Below are positions 11,470 through 22,207 of a DNA stretch of 64,000 nucleotides, in pieces. The notes under the pieces were generated by a model. The model saw only the letters and a list, made by a program, of their open reading frames with translations, was not told where the DNA came from and did not search any database. Each line of letters begins with the position of its first letter. The first letter of the stretch is position 1. A program made the translations under genes and the position numbers. Origin of the DNA: Gammaproteobacteria bacterium (GTDB lineage Bacteria; Pseudomonadota; Gammaproteobacteria; Eutrophobiales; Eutrophobiaceae). Where the stretch lies: NCBI GenBank assembly GCA_965238225.1, contig OZ250183.1, positions 992,001 through 1,056,000 on the forward strand, written 5' to 3'.

Positions 11470-12420
11470 ATGAATTTTCTGGATTTTGAACAACCAATAG
11501 TAGAGATCGATGAAAAGATTGAAGCGTTGAGGCATGTCGACAACGACTCGGAAATAAATATCAGCGAAGAGATTAACCGTCTACAAAAACAAAGTGACAA
11601 TCTAACCGAATCTATATTCTCTTCTTTATCTGCTTGGCAGTATTCCCAGATTGCAAGGCATCCGCAAAGACCATACACCATGGACTACATTGAGAGAATT
11701 TTTACAGATTTTGTGGAATTGCATGGTGATCGAAATTTTGCTGATGATCCTGCAATTATTTGCGGTATTGCTCGTTTGGAAGATATGCCCGTTGCAATTA
11801 TTGGACATCAAAAAGGACGAGATACCACTGATAGGATTCACAGGAATTATGGCATGCCTAAGCCTGAAGGATACCGTAAGGCATTACGAATCATGAAGCT
11901 TGCGGAACGATTCAAATTACCTGTACTAACATTTATTGATACACCGGGAGCCCATCCAGGCATTGGCGCTGAAAAACGGGGTCAAAGCGAGGCGATTGCA
12001 AGAAATTTAATGGCGATGACAATTTTAAAAACTCCGATTATATCTACTGTTATTGGAGAAGGTGGTTCAGGAGGTGCTTTGGCGATTGGTGTAGCAGATA
12101 AACTATTGATGATGAAATATAGTACTTATTCAGTTATTTCTCCAGAGGGGTGTGCATCTATATTATGGAAAAGCGCTGATAAGGCGGAGCAGGCTGCAAA
12201 GGCAATGGGAATTACTGTTAATGATTTGCAAAAACTTGGTTTGATCGATGAAATTATTGATGAACCACTTGGTGCAGCACATCGAGATTATGACAAAACA
12301 GCAAAAAATTTTAAGAAAGCATTGGTTTTGACAGTGAAAGAACTAAAAGAAAATACTGTAGATGATCTGATTAACAAAAGACAAAGCAGGATCAGAGAAT
12401 ATGGGTATTTTAATACTTAG
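11470..12420 (+). CDS. accA: Acetyl-CoA carboxylase carboxyltransferase alpha subunit
   Basis: [27 protein letters not shown]. Confidence 0.98.
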   Translation: MNFLDFEQPIVEIDEKIEALRHVDNDSEINISEEINRLQKQSDNLTESIFSSLSAWQYSQIARHPQRPYTMDYIERIFTDFVELHGDRNFADDPAIICGIARLEDMPVAIIGHQKGRDTTDRIHRNYGMPKPEGYRKALRIMKLAERFKLPVLTFIDTPGAHPGIGAEKRGQSEAIARNLMAMTILKTPIISTVIGEGGSGGALAIGVADKLLMMKYSTYSVISPEGCASILWKSADKAEQAAKAMGITVNDLQKLGLIDEIIDEPLGAAHRDYDKTAKNFKKALVLTVKELKENTVDDLINKRQSRIREYGYFNT

Positions 12421-12474
12421 ATATTTTTTTTCTTTAAATTATCTTAATTTTAATATGAGTTCTTATACCTTTTA

Positions 12475-13830
12475 GTGTTTCAAGAAAATAAATTATCTTT
12501 CCAAATAAAAATAAAAAATACGCTATCTGAATATCCAGATACCAATACATGCTGGATTGCATATAGCGGCGGACTGGATTCGCATGTACTTTTACATGTA
12601 TTAGCAAGCATTCAAAATGAAATTAAACCAAAATTAATTGCTGTGCATATTAATCATGGATTGAGCAATAATGCTATATTATGGGAGCAACATTGCCACA
12701 GAATCTGTGAAAATTATGCGATTGAATTCCAAGTTTTTTCTATCGAGAAACCTCATAAAAACGATAAAGGCACAGAAGCATTTGCCAGAGAAAAGCGTTA
12801 TGAAGTGTTTTGTAATTTGATGAAAAATTTTGATTTATTATTCACAGCACATCACATGAATGATCAGGTAGAAACAATATTTTTACAATTAATGAGAGGA
12901 TCTGGTCCAGATGGTTTGGCTGGAATGCCGCAGGCGAGAGAATTTTCAAAAGGATTTTTAGTAAGACCTTTGCTCGATTATTGCAGAGAAGAAATTCATG
13001 ATTATGCGTTAAAAAACTCATTGAGTTGGATAGAAGATGAGAGTAATAAATCAAATCAATATGATCGAAATTTCTTAAGAAATATAATAATTCCGGAATT
13101 ATCTACACGTTGGCTAGGCGCATTAAAGACTGTACAACGTGCAGCAAAACATCAAGCTGATGCAGTAAATCTTATAAATGAAATTTCAAGAAATGATTTA
13201 GAGGATATCTGTGAGAGCGAATATATAAAAATTTGCATACCTAAATTTAATCACCTATCTCATGTGAGGAAAAAAAATACCCTCAGAGCATGGATTAAAA
13301 AAAATAAACTAAAAATACCAAACGCTAAGATTATTGAGAAAATAATCACAGAAGTTATCCATGCCGGTATTGATAGAAACCCCTGCATTACTTGGGAAGG
13401 CGCAGAGGTAAGGCGTTATCGTGGATATTTATATATCATAAAATCACTTCCAGATAATAATCTTTGTATGAATAGACCCTGGAATCTTAAAGATTCGCTT
13501 GAATTAACATCTGGTTCTTTAAGAGCCACACATGGAAAAGGCAATGGCATCAAAAAAGATATTTTATTAAATGATACTGTCGAAATTAGGTATAGACAGG
13601 GGGGGGAGAAAATAAGACCGTTTGGACGTGTAAAAACGCACAGGCTAAAAAAATTATTTCAAGAGCAAGGCGTGCTTCCTTGGCTGCGCCACCGTATCCC
13701 TTTAATTTTTTATAAAAATGAATTGATTGCTGTGGCTGATTTATGGATTGAGCATCAATATGCGGCATCAGATTCAGAGCCCTCATGGCAAATCATCTGG
13801 CAATGGACAGATGGTTTACAGGCATTATAA
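12475..13830 (+). CDS. tilS: tRNA(Ile)-lysidine synthetase
   Basis: PP-loop AYSGGLDSHVLL, TAHHMNDQVET, DESN..YDRNFLR. Confidence 0.96.
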   Translation: MFQENKLSFQIKIKNTLSEYPDTNTCWIAYSGGLDSHVLLHVLASIQNEIKPKLIAVHINHGLSNNAILWEQHCHRICENYAIEFQVFSIEKPHKNDKGTEAFAREKRYEVFCNLMKNFDLLFTAHHMNDQVETIFLQLMRGSGPDGLAGMPQAREFSKGFLVRPLLDYCREEIHDYALKNSLSWIEDESNKSNQYDRNFLRNIIIPELSTRWLGALKTVQRAAKHQADAVNLINEISRNDLEDICESEYIKICIPKFNHLSHVRKKNTLRAWIKKNKLKIPNAKIIEKIITEVIHAGIDRNPCITWEGAEVRRYRGYLYIIKSLPDNNLCMNRPWNLKDSLELTSGSLRATHGKGNGIKKDILLNDTVEIRYRQGGEKIRPFGRVKTHRLKKLFQEQGVLPWLRHRIPLIFYKNELIAVADLWIEHQYAASDSEPSWQIIWQWTDGLQAL

Positions 13831-13860
13831 TCTAAGCGGTGATAAGAGCGACAATACAAA

Positions 13861-15009
13861 ATGCCTGAAGAACAATCATTACAACAACTCTTAAACCAGC
13901 GCGATCAATACCATCAACGTGAGGAATGGGATGAGTTAATCGCTGTATGTCCAAGAATCATAGGTCATAGAAATGTCACAAACCCTATAAAAGCAGAGAC
14001 TTTTTTCTTGCGTGGCCTTGCTTATACAGAAACAGACAACCATGAGAAAACCAAGGCAGAATATGACTATAAGCGATGCAGCAACAGGCGACCATCACTG
14101 ACTTCGACCAAGCGATTCACTTAGATCCAGATGATGCTAAGGCCTTTTATAATCGTGGCAACGCTTATGCAGAAACAGGCGACTATTACCAAGCCATCAC
14201 TGACTACGACCAAGCGATTCAATTAGATCCAGATGATGCTCACGCCTTTAATAATCGTGGCCTTGCTTATGCAGAAACAGGCGACTATGAGCAAGCCATT
14301 GCTGACTTCGACCAAGCGATTCAATTAATCCAGAATGCTAACGCCTTTAATAATCGTGGCCTTGCTTATGGAAAAAAGGATTTTGAACAAGATTCAATTA
14401 AATCCAGATGATGCAAGAATATGCTCACGCCTTTTATAATCGTGGCCTTGCTTACCGAGCACAAGGTAAAGAATCCAAGAGCCCAAGAATTAGATCCGAC
14501 TATTATTGCACAGGAATCCACAAAAGACGTTAAAAAAGAAGTAAAAGACGTTGGGAAAAAAACAGAAGAAACTCAAGATTTCCAAAACATTTTAGAGGAT
14601 TTAAAAGAAGCATATGATGCAATGAGGAAAAAGTGGTTTTTGGCTGGTATTTATTATGGTTCTGCTAACTATTGCTGTGCTTGTATTAACTATATTCCCT
14701 ATATTCTCAATGTTAGAAGGAAAAAAACTTGCTGAATTATACCCAATCTATATCTTTTTTTCAGTCATTACCTTCTTGGTTATCCGTCAATATACCAACG
14801 CCAAACAACTCTACATTGAGGCGCAAAACCGCTTGGCTATGGTAAAAATGCTCGCACACATCAATGCTCAAAAAGAAAACACAGAAAACAAACAATATTT
14901 TTTACCAGCACTGGTTGAGGCCATCGTTTATTCCACCAGAAAAGAGCGAACTGGGAACGCTGCATCTCTCTTAGAGCAATTGATGAAACTATTGAAACCC
15001 AAAAACTAA
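13861..15009 (+). pseudogene. Fragmented TPR-repeat protein with C-terminal coiled coil and two TM segments, split over four ORFs
   Basis: 34-aa TPR units (AFYNRGNAYAETGDYYQAITDYDQAIQLDPDDA) encoded by 102-bp DNA repeats starting at 14106, 14208 and 14310; flanking repeats carry deletions that shift frame. Confidence 0.75.
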
Positions 15010-15027
15010 TACCGCCACGCCACCCTC

Positions 15028-15612
15028 TTACTCTGTAATAATAACCCTAGTATCTATATTGATAAATTTTTTTAAATTATCAATTTCTTCATTTGTCATG
15101 GCGATGCAACCTTGTGTCCAATTTAACGAATTATGAATAGAAAGTTTTTGATTAGTGACTGTCCCTAAGCCATGTATGCCAATATAACCTCCTAATTTTG
15201 TATCTTGCGGCGGAATCTCGCCATCTTTTATTGCCTTTGAGATATTTTTGAATTCATTTGCGGTGATAATTTTATTCTTATAACCGTACCAAGCATCTAA
15301 CAGATTAGGGTAATCAATCTGCATAAAATAATAAAATTTACTGTCATCTTTGAAATTAATAATCTTATATACACCTGAAGGTGTTTTTTTGTCTCCCAAT
15401 ATTCTTTTTGTACCTTTACCTCCACTTCCGTAGGCAATACGGATTTTTTTAATTACTTGTTCGCCGTTCATAATTTTGAGTTCTTGAGAGGATTTTGAAA
15501 TGATTAGATCGTATTGATCCTTAACAGCTAAAACATTATTGCATAGCAGTAACAAAAAGCTAACAAGTATGTATTGATGAAAAGTATTAATTCGCACTAT
15601 TATTTTATACAT
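15028..15612 (-). CDS. L,D-transpeptidase (YkuD family)
   Basis: GDKKTPSG, IGIHG...WTQGCIAM catalytic motif, signal-like N-terminus. Confidence 0.88.
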   Translation of the reverse strand: MYKIIVRINTFHQYILVSFLLLLCNNVLAVKDQYDLIISKSSQELKIMNGEQVIKKIRIAYGSGGKGTKRILGDKKTPSGVYKIINFKDDSKFYYFMQIDYPNLLDAWYGYKNKIITANEFKNISKAIKDGEIPPQDTKLGGYIGIHGLGTVTNQKLSIHNSLNWTQGCIAMTNEEIDNLKKFINIDTRVIITE

Positions 15613-15853
15613 TCGACAACACAGTGATTAATTTTTCTGCAAATTGTACATTAGCGTATTTTATCCGAGGAAAGAGCAAATATGGTATAATTAAAATATT
15701 AAAAATCTTGTTATAATTACTATATATTCTTAAGTGCTTGCTTAAATTTTTGATTGAGTTTTAATGTGCGTTGTAAATTTATGGCACTTTAGTTTTTGTT
15801 ATTACTTTGGTTAATGTAGTCTTGAGCGGTGCAATTGTAGCAGAGTAATTTGA

Positions 15854-16396
15854 ATGGCAGAAAATCAAGAAAGATATAATTTTACTGCAATTGTCTTGCA
15901 TTGGCTGATGGCAATTTTGTTGCTCATTTTATTTTGCTTGGGTTGGTATATGATAGATTTACCAAAAGGGAGCGAGGAAAGAAGCTGGTTTTTTGCTTTA
16001 CATAAATCAATTGGACTGACAATGGCTTTACTGGTATTTATCAGGATAGTATGGCGTTTTACACATACGTCTCCGAAATTGCCAGAAAACATTTCACAAT
16101 TTAAACAAAAATTGGCTGGATTAACTCATGTCTTATTATATGTGGCAATGATTATACAGCCCTTGTCGGGTTATATATCTTCATCATTTAGCGGATACAA
16201 AACAAAAATATGGGGTGTACCTCTTCCTCATTGGGGATGGAAATCACCTGAGCTAAATGGAATTTTTACAGATATTCATGTAGCCAGCTCAATTGCGTTG
16301 CTATGTCTTGTGACGCTACATCTAAGCGGCATAGTCGTGCATATATACGAGGGAGATAGGCATATTCTAAGAAGAATGATTCCTGACAAACAATAA
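15854..16396 (+). CDS. Cytochrome b561 family protein
   Basis: Four TM helices, LHWLMA, LHKSIG and further heme-ligand His residues. Confidence 0.88.
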   Translation: MAENQERYNFTAIVLHWLMAILLLILFCLGWYMIDLPKGSEERSWFFALHKSIGLTMALLVFIRIVWRFTHTSPKLPENISQFKQKLAGLTHVLLYVAMIIQPLSGYISSSFSGYKTKIWGVPLPHWGWKSPELNGIFTDIHVASSIALLCLVTLHLSGIVVHIYEGDRHILRRMIPDKQ

Positions 16397-16740
16397 AATA
16401 CTAAACGCAGAGACTTCCTATCTGTAGCCAGATTTATTAATAATACGCCTATCATAAGGTGAAAACTATGGATATAAAGATTATTTGTACCCATCCTTAA
16501 CTTACAATATGTAATAAAAATTACTTATTGTTGCTATATATTGTTACTTAAAAGTATAGGCACATGTCCTTATACTATGCTGCACCTTATTTCATTGTAG
16601 TTGTTCTTAAATAAAATTAATTTACAGGACTGGTACAGGCAGAGATTCTCGTCTCAAATGAGGCAAATCTTAAATTTATGGATAACAACAAGTAAAGAAA
16701 TTGGCTATTATAAACCAATAAAACAGCATGCTGATAAATC

Positions 16741-18219
16741 TTGATGGTAAAAATATATTTAAATTCCTTACGCAAACTTCTATTGGCTCAAGAAATAACA
16801 TTTTTGTTGTTATTGGCGCTTACCGGTCTATTGGGCGGTCTATCTGTATATTTTTGGCAGCAAAATTCAGCCGAATCGGTTCGGCTCAATAATTTGAGTT
16901 ATGTCACAGAGCAAATTCGCAGTGAGTTATTTCAGCAAATTCAGATAGCTATTCGAGCCAGACTGCTTGAAGATGTGCGTTCCTTGGAGTTATATGGCAG
17001 CTATTCTAGGCGGATAGACAAAGATTTTAACAAACTAAAAAGTGGTGCAATTTCTAGGGAAGAAGATACAGCTATTCAAGGGTTGCACGTATCCTATCGG
17101 GAGATACAAAAAGACATGAATATAATTTTTTCTGATCCTTATGCAATTAGCCCGCAAGTTCAGATGAAAATTATTGATCCACGATTTTCCGAGCGAATGA
17201 TAGGTCGGTTTGAAGGTAAGCACAGCAAGCTGAAACATATGTTAGCGGAAAAACACAATGTGCTGAATCAGAAATTAGAGATATGGTCAAAATACGCGCC
17301 TGCCGTCATCACTATCCCTTTATTACTGGCATTTTTTCTGGTTATTTATGCAAGGACAACTTTCCGCGAGGAGTTTCTCAAGCCTATTTCTGAAATAATT
17401 TTAAGCGCTAGACGTATTCGTGTTGGGCATCTTGAAACAAAAATACCAGAACAAGGAGTGGAAGAGCTTAAAGATTTAGCAGGTGCTATTAATAAAATGA
17501 CGCATGATCTACAAAGCAGCCAAGCTGCCCTTGTAGAAAGTGAAAAACAGGCAGCACTAGGTGCGTTGGTACCAGTTGTTGCTCATAATATTCGTAATCC
17601 TCTGGCTAGTATTAGAGCAACAGCACAATTAATGAATAGCTCCGAAAATAATAAGGATTCAATAGAAAGTAAAAATGAGATTATAAAAACAATAGACAGA
17701 TTAAATCGTTGGGTTGACGCATTGGTATCCTACCTGCATCCATTAAAACCAAATTATAGACCTATTTTAGCGAGCGAAATGCTTAATGCTGTGATTGATT
17801 TATTAAAACAAAAATTAGAAGATAAACAAATTAAATTAGATAGAGTAGGGTGGGATAATGACTTAAGACTTAATGTTGATCCGGATTTAATGGAACAGGC
17901 ACTTTATGCATTGATGACAAACGCAATTGATGCTTCTGCAAAAATGTCTACATTAACAATTTCTATTATTAAAAAAGATATCGAGCTTGAATTATCAATT
18001 CAGGATCAAGGCGCAGGTTTGCCGTTTGATCCAAAACCCAATAAATTAACACCGGGTTCAAGCACAAAAAGTTTTGGCACCGGATTGGGCATTCCTATTG
18101 CTTTTAAAATTTGTCAGGAACATGCTTGGAAGCTTCGGTTCAACTCTACTTATAAAGATGAAGAGAAAACAGGAACAATTGTAACAATTACTGCCCCAAT
18201 CAGAGTGATTGAAGATTAA
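16741..18219 (+). CDS. Membrane sensor histidine kinase with HAMP domain
   Basis: Two TMs, HAMP, H-box AHNIRNPLASI, NAIDA, DQGAG, GTGLG. Confidence 0.92.
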   Translation: MMVKIYLNSLRKLLLAQEITFLLLLALTGLLGGLSVYFWQQNSAESVRLNNLSYVTEQIRSELFQQIQIAIRARLLEDVRSLELYGSYSRRIDKDFNKLKSGAISREEDTAIQGLHVSYREIQKDMNIIFSDPYAISPQVQMKIIDPRFSERMIGRFEGKHSKLKHMLAEKHNVLNQKLEIWSKYAPAVITIPLLLAFFLVIYARTTFREEFLKPISEIILSARRIRVGHLETKIPEQGVEELKDLAGAINKMTHDLQSSQAALVESEKQAALGALVPVVAHNIRNPLASIRATAQLMNSSENNKDSIESKNEIIKTIDRLNRWVDALVSYLHPLKPNYRPILASEMLNAVIDLLKQKLEDKQIKLDRVGWDNDLRLNVDPDLMEQALYALMTNAIDASAKMSTLTISIIKKDIELELSIQDQGAGLPFDPKPNKLTPGSSTKSFGTGLGIPIAFKICQEHAWKLRFNSTYKDEEKTGTIVTITAPIRVIED

Positions 18220-19676
18220 TGAATAAAACTCAACCAGCAGTAACCTCCATGGAAGTGCCAGCTTTAGAAAAACAGGTGCTAATCGTGGAAGACGAGATTG
18301 TATTTGCAAAAGCGGTTAAAAAACAGCTGCAAAGAGCGGGTTACAAAAGCGAAATAGCCGGCGACTTGAATACAGCAATGGAAAAGTTTGAATCACATAT
18401 CCCTCAACTTGTGTTGCTTGATATGCGCCTTCCCGATGGATCCGGGCTGGATTTTCTTGAGGCAATTAAAAAAAGAAACGATTTAGATACGGCAGTTCTG
18501 GTGATGTCTGCATACGGCGAACTTGAAGATGCCGTTTCTGCGATGAAGTTGGGCGCATCAGACTATCTGAAAAAACCAGTGGATATGGATGAGTTATTAA
18601 TCAGTATTGAAAGAGTGTTGAGTAAAAACGCACTTGAAACAAAACTGACTTATTCAAGCAAACGTGAACGTAATGCGCATGAAACAATCAAATTCATAGG
18701 CGAGTGCCCGGAAATAATCTCGATAAAACAACAAATAGAACAAATAGCTCGCTTAGCACGAGCATCAAATACAGCGCCCCCAACAGTTTTTATTTTTGGT
18801 GAAACAGGCACGGGCAAAGATGTTGCTGCGAGATTATTGCACGATAGTACAACACTCAGTGATAAACCTTTTGTGCAAATAGATTGTGCCTCATTACCAA
18901 AAGATTTAATTGAGGCAGAGTTGTTTGGCCACGAAAAAGGTGCGTTTACAGATGCGCATGCAGCACAGGCTGGTCTAATAGAAGCAGCTGAAGATGGCAT
19001 CTTATTTATAGATGAAATCGGGGAATTGTCACTGGATTTGCAATCCAAATTTCTAGCGATCCTAGAAAGAAGATTGATGCGGCGTATCGGTACGAGTAAG
19101 GAATTACCTGTTCGCTCATGGTTTATTGCTGCAACTAACAGGAATATCGAAGAGCTGATAGAAAAAGGAGAATTTAGGTTAGACTTATATCATCGTCTGA
19201 ATGTTTTAAGTATAGAAATACCACCATTAAGAACACGTGGTAACGATATTATTCTTTTAGCAAAATATTTTGTTGAACAAACAACGCGACGTTATAATTT
19301 TAAAAATATAATCTTAAGTGACGAAGTAGTAGAAACGCTAATGGAGTATTTATGGCCAGGTAACGTACGCGAGATGAAACATTTAATAGAGAGAGCTATT
19401 TTGTTAAATGATGGCGATAAGATCTCCGTGGAATCTTTAGACATAACAAATAAAATAGCACCCAAAAATATAGATCAAAAATATATAGACCGATTAAGCG
19501 CAAGACAATCGCAAGTGAAGGACGTAAAGATCAAGGATATGACTTTAGAATCAGCAGAATACACACTGATTGTTCAGGCTCTGGATAAAGCTAACGGGAA
19601 TGTATCCAAAGCAGCCAGAGATCTGGATATTACCCGCATGGCACTAAGATACAGAATGAAAAAATACAATTTATAA
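18219..19676 (+). CDS. Sigma54-dependent (NtrC-family) response regulator
   Basis: REC domain, Walker A GETGTGKD, GAFTDA loop, WPGNVRE, Fis-type HTH; start overlaps the kinase stop codon. Confidence 0.94.
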   Translation: MNKTQPAVTSMEVPALEKQVLIVEDEIVFAKAVKKQLQRAGYKSEIAGDLNTAMEKFESHIPQLVLLDMRLPDGSGLDFLEAIKKRNDLDTAVLVMSAYGELEDAVSAMKLGASDYLKKPVDMDELLISIERVLSKNALETKLTYSSKRERNAHETIKFIGECPEIISIKQQIEQIARLARASNTAPPTVFIFGETGTGKDVAARLLHDSTTLSDKPFVQIDCASLPKDLIEAELFGHEKGAFTDAHAAQAGLIEAAEDGILFIDEIGELSLDLQSKFLAILERRLMRRIGTSKELPVRSWFIAATNRNIEELIEKGEFRLDLYHRLNVLSIEIPPLRTRGNDIILLAKYFVEQTTRRYNFKNIILSDEVVETLMEYLWPGNVREMKHLIERAILLNDGDKISVESLDITNKIAPKNIDQKYIDRLSARQSQVKDVKIKDMTLESAEYTLIVQALDKANGNVSKAARDLDITRMALRYRMKKYNL

Positions 19677-19773
19677 AAATGCTGTTACCATTCAATATTA
19701 AAAATCATTAAGTTGGAGATAAACAAAGTTGGAGATAAACAATTTCTACTTAACGCAAATAGGTATTTAAAAA

Positions 19774-20184
19774 ATGGCTAAAATTAATATGAAAACTAAT
19801 CTGAATGTTACACCTGATAAACTCTGGAAATTAATCGGTGGTTTTAACGCTTTACCTGATTGGCATCCGGCAGTTGAAAAAAGCCACCTTGAAGAAGGAG
19901 GGAGTATGCGTCGTCTAAGCCTGCATGATGGAGGTACGATCGTAGAAAAACTGACGCAACTTGATGATAAGGAGCGCGTTTATAGCTATTCAATTATTGA
20001 TAGTCCATTGCCTGTTGCAAATTATGAGTCAACAATTCGTGTGAAAGATGATAACGAAGGTAACACTACAGTAGAGTGGTGTAGTGAATTTGATGCTAAA
20101 GGTGCAACAGAAAGTGAAGCGATGGATGCTATCTCTGGTATATATCAAGCTGGTTTTGACAATTTGAAAAAAATGTTTGGCTGA
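19774..20184 (+). CDS. SRPBCC / polyketide cyclase-like protein (MxaD-like)
   Basis: LWKLIGGFNALPDWHPAV, R.L..GGTIVEKL, YSYSIIDSPLPVANY, YQAGFDNLK pattern. Confidence 0.8.
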   Translation: MAKINMKTNLNVTPDKLWKLIGGFNALPDWHPAVEKSHLEEGGSMRRLSLHDGGTIVEKLTQLDDKERVYSYSIIDSPLPVANYESTIRVKDDNEGNTTVEWCSEFDAKGATESEAMDAISGIYQAGFDNLKKMFG

Positions 20185-20234
20185 AAATAAATTACATAAT
20201 CAGGAACAACAAAAGAACTCCCTAGGGTTTAGTG

Positions 20235-21578
20235 TCAATGTAACTTTACTCTGATTTTTGTTTTGCGCGTTAATAAGTTGGATAAAGTCGAAAGTCCTGC
20301 GCTTATCAGACCATGCAGAGCAATTTTGTGCATCTTATATAGGGAGATATAAATGATTCTGGCTATGACTCCCTCGATCATTACCGTTTTTGACAGCTTG
20401 GAGAGGTGACCCATCAAGCTACCAACAGTTTTGTAATTGCTTATATTCACTAATGAGCCAATATCGACATATTTGTACTCAGGAAGAGGTGTCTCGCCTT
20501 TTAAACGTTTGCATAAAGTTTTAACCAACATTGTTGCTTGTTGATTCGCTGCCTGCGCTCTGGGTGGTACAGTTTCGATATGGTCAGTTTTTTTATTTTC
20601 CATAGGACAAGCGGCACAATCTCCGAATGCAAAAATATTTTCATCCAGCGTTGATTGTAATGTCGGTTTTACTATGATCTGATTGATTTTATTAGTCTCA
20701 AGACCATCAAGATCTTTGAGGAAATCCGGTGCTTTGATGCCCGCAACCCATACCTTGATTTCTGCGGGAATAAATTTACCATTCTCTGTTTTGAAGCCTG
20801 TGGCAGTGGCTTCTGTTATTCTTTGATTAATACATAATTTGATATTGATATCTTCGAGTATCTTATGTGTTTTATCAGACAGTTTTTTTGGTAGCTGAGG
20901 CAGGATGCGATGAGATGCTTCTACAATAATAATTGTTACATCAGTATTCGGTTTAATTTGTTCAAAACCGAATTCAGGCAGTTGCTGAGCAGTACTGTGT
21001 AATTCTGCTGATAATTCAATACCTGTTGCGCCTGCACCTGCAATAGCGATATGTAATTGTCCGTCACGTAGTGTTTCTTTTTGTGTGTGGGCGGTATAAA
21101 AACACTTAAACAAATGTTGATGGAAACGATTAGCTTCTTTTTGTGTATCCAGAAACATACAGTGCTCTCGAACACCCGGCACATCAAAATCATTGGCGGT
21201 GCTACCAACAGCAATCACCAAGGTGTCGTAGTGAAATGTTCGACGTGGAATATATTCATTTCCTTCTTCATCCAAAGTCGGAGCCAGACTGATTTCCTGT
21301 TTCTTGCGATCCAGTTTATCCATTCTCCCTAGGCAAAATTGGAAATGATGCCAGTACCCTTGACTGAGGTAGCCTACTTCATCTTCGTAGGAATTGAGTG
21401 ATCCTGCTGCGACTTCGTGCAACAAGGGTTTCCATAGATGCGTCAGGGTACAATCGACCAAGGTGATTATAGCCTTTTTCTTTTTGCCCAGTTTATTTCC
21501 GAGTTTGGTTGCAAGCTCCAGTCCGCCGGCACCGCCGCCAACAATAATGATATGATGAAGACGTTTGCCTGCATGCAT
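20235..21578 (-). CDS. ndh: Type II NADH dehydrogenase
   Basis: VGGGAGGLELA, HLWKPLLHEVAAG, GAGATGIELSAEL, VPPRAQAA, C-terminal RVKLH. Confidence 0.92.
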   Translation of the reverse strand: MHAGKRLHHIIIVGGGAGGLELATKLGNKLGKKKKAIITLVDCTLTHLWKPLLHEVAAGSLNSYEDEVGYLSQGYWHHFQFCLGRMDKLDRKKQEISLAPTLDEEGNEYIPRRTFHYDTLVIAVGSTANDFDVPGVREHCMFLDTQKEANRFHQHLFKCFYTAHTQKETLRDGQLHIAIAGAGATGIELSAELHSTAQQLPEFGFEQIKPNTDVTIIIVEASHRILPQLPKKLSDKTHKILEDINIKLCINQRITEATATGFKTENGKFIPAEIKVWVAGIKAPDFLKDLDGLETNKINQIIVKPTLQSTLDENIFAFGDCAACPMENKKTDHIETVPPRAQAANQQATMLVKTLCKRLKGETPLPEYKYVDIGSLVNISNYKTVGSLMGHLSKLSKTVMIEGVIARIIYISLYKMHKIALHGLISAGLSTLSNLLTRKTKIRVKLH

Positions 21579-21685
21579 TATAAGAATAATCCTGTATATT
21601 TTACGAATGGCTCCAAATAGACCGTATAATAACGTTTATTTGGGTTGTATATAACGAAAAGATTAAAACAAAAGCAAGGTAATAA

Positions 21686-21955
21686 ATGAAAATGGATGAG
21701 AAAACACAAACAGAACTAGAAGCTGCCACTTTCAGGCATCTCGTGGGATTTCTACAGGAAAAAGTAGAGGTTACAGAATATTGATCTAATGAATTTGCTG
21801 GTTTTTGTAGAAACTGCCTATCTAAATGGTATTTAGCCGCAGCGAAAGAGCGGGGCATTGGGCTGGGTTACGAAGAAGCTCATAGAGATAATCTACGGCA
21901 TACCCTATGCTGAATGGTCAAAGATAAATATCAAAAAGACACCAGCCAAAAATGA
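21686..21955 (+). pseudogene. DUF1244-family gene with several frameshifts (absent from the ORF track)
   Basis: Pieces read MDEKTQTELEAATFRHLV, QNIDLMN, AGFCRNCLSKWYLAAAKERG and IYGIPYAEW across changing frames. Confidence 0.75.
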
Positions 21956-22207
21956 CCTGAGTCTATTCTTTTTTAAGTATAATTAATGATAGCTTTGAGT
22001 GACTTGATTGTGAGATTAACAGGGATATGAGGCTAATAAGGGATGAATGGAAATTCAGGAAATAAATAATCCTGTTTTTTATGGTTGATACATCTAAATT
22101 TTTTTTGTTAGTTTTTGTTAGATTTATGAGTAATAATGTTATATTCTTCTGTCGCTTCTGATAATTGCTACATCCTTGTAATCTCTGAGTAATAATATTT
22201 TACGAAA

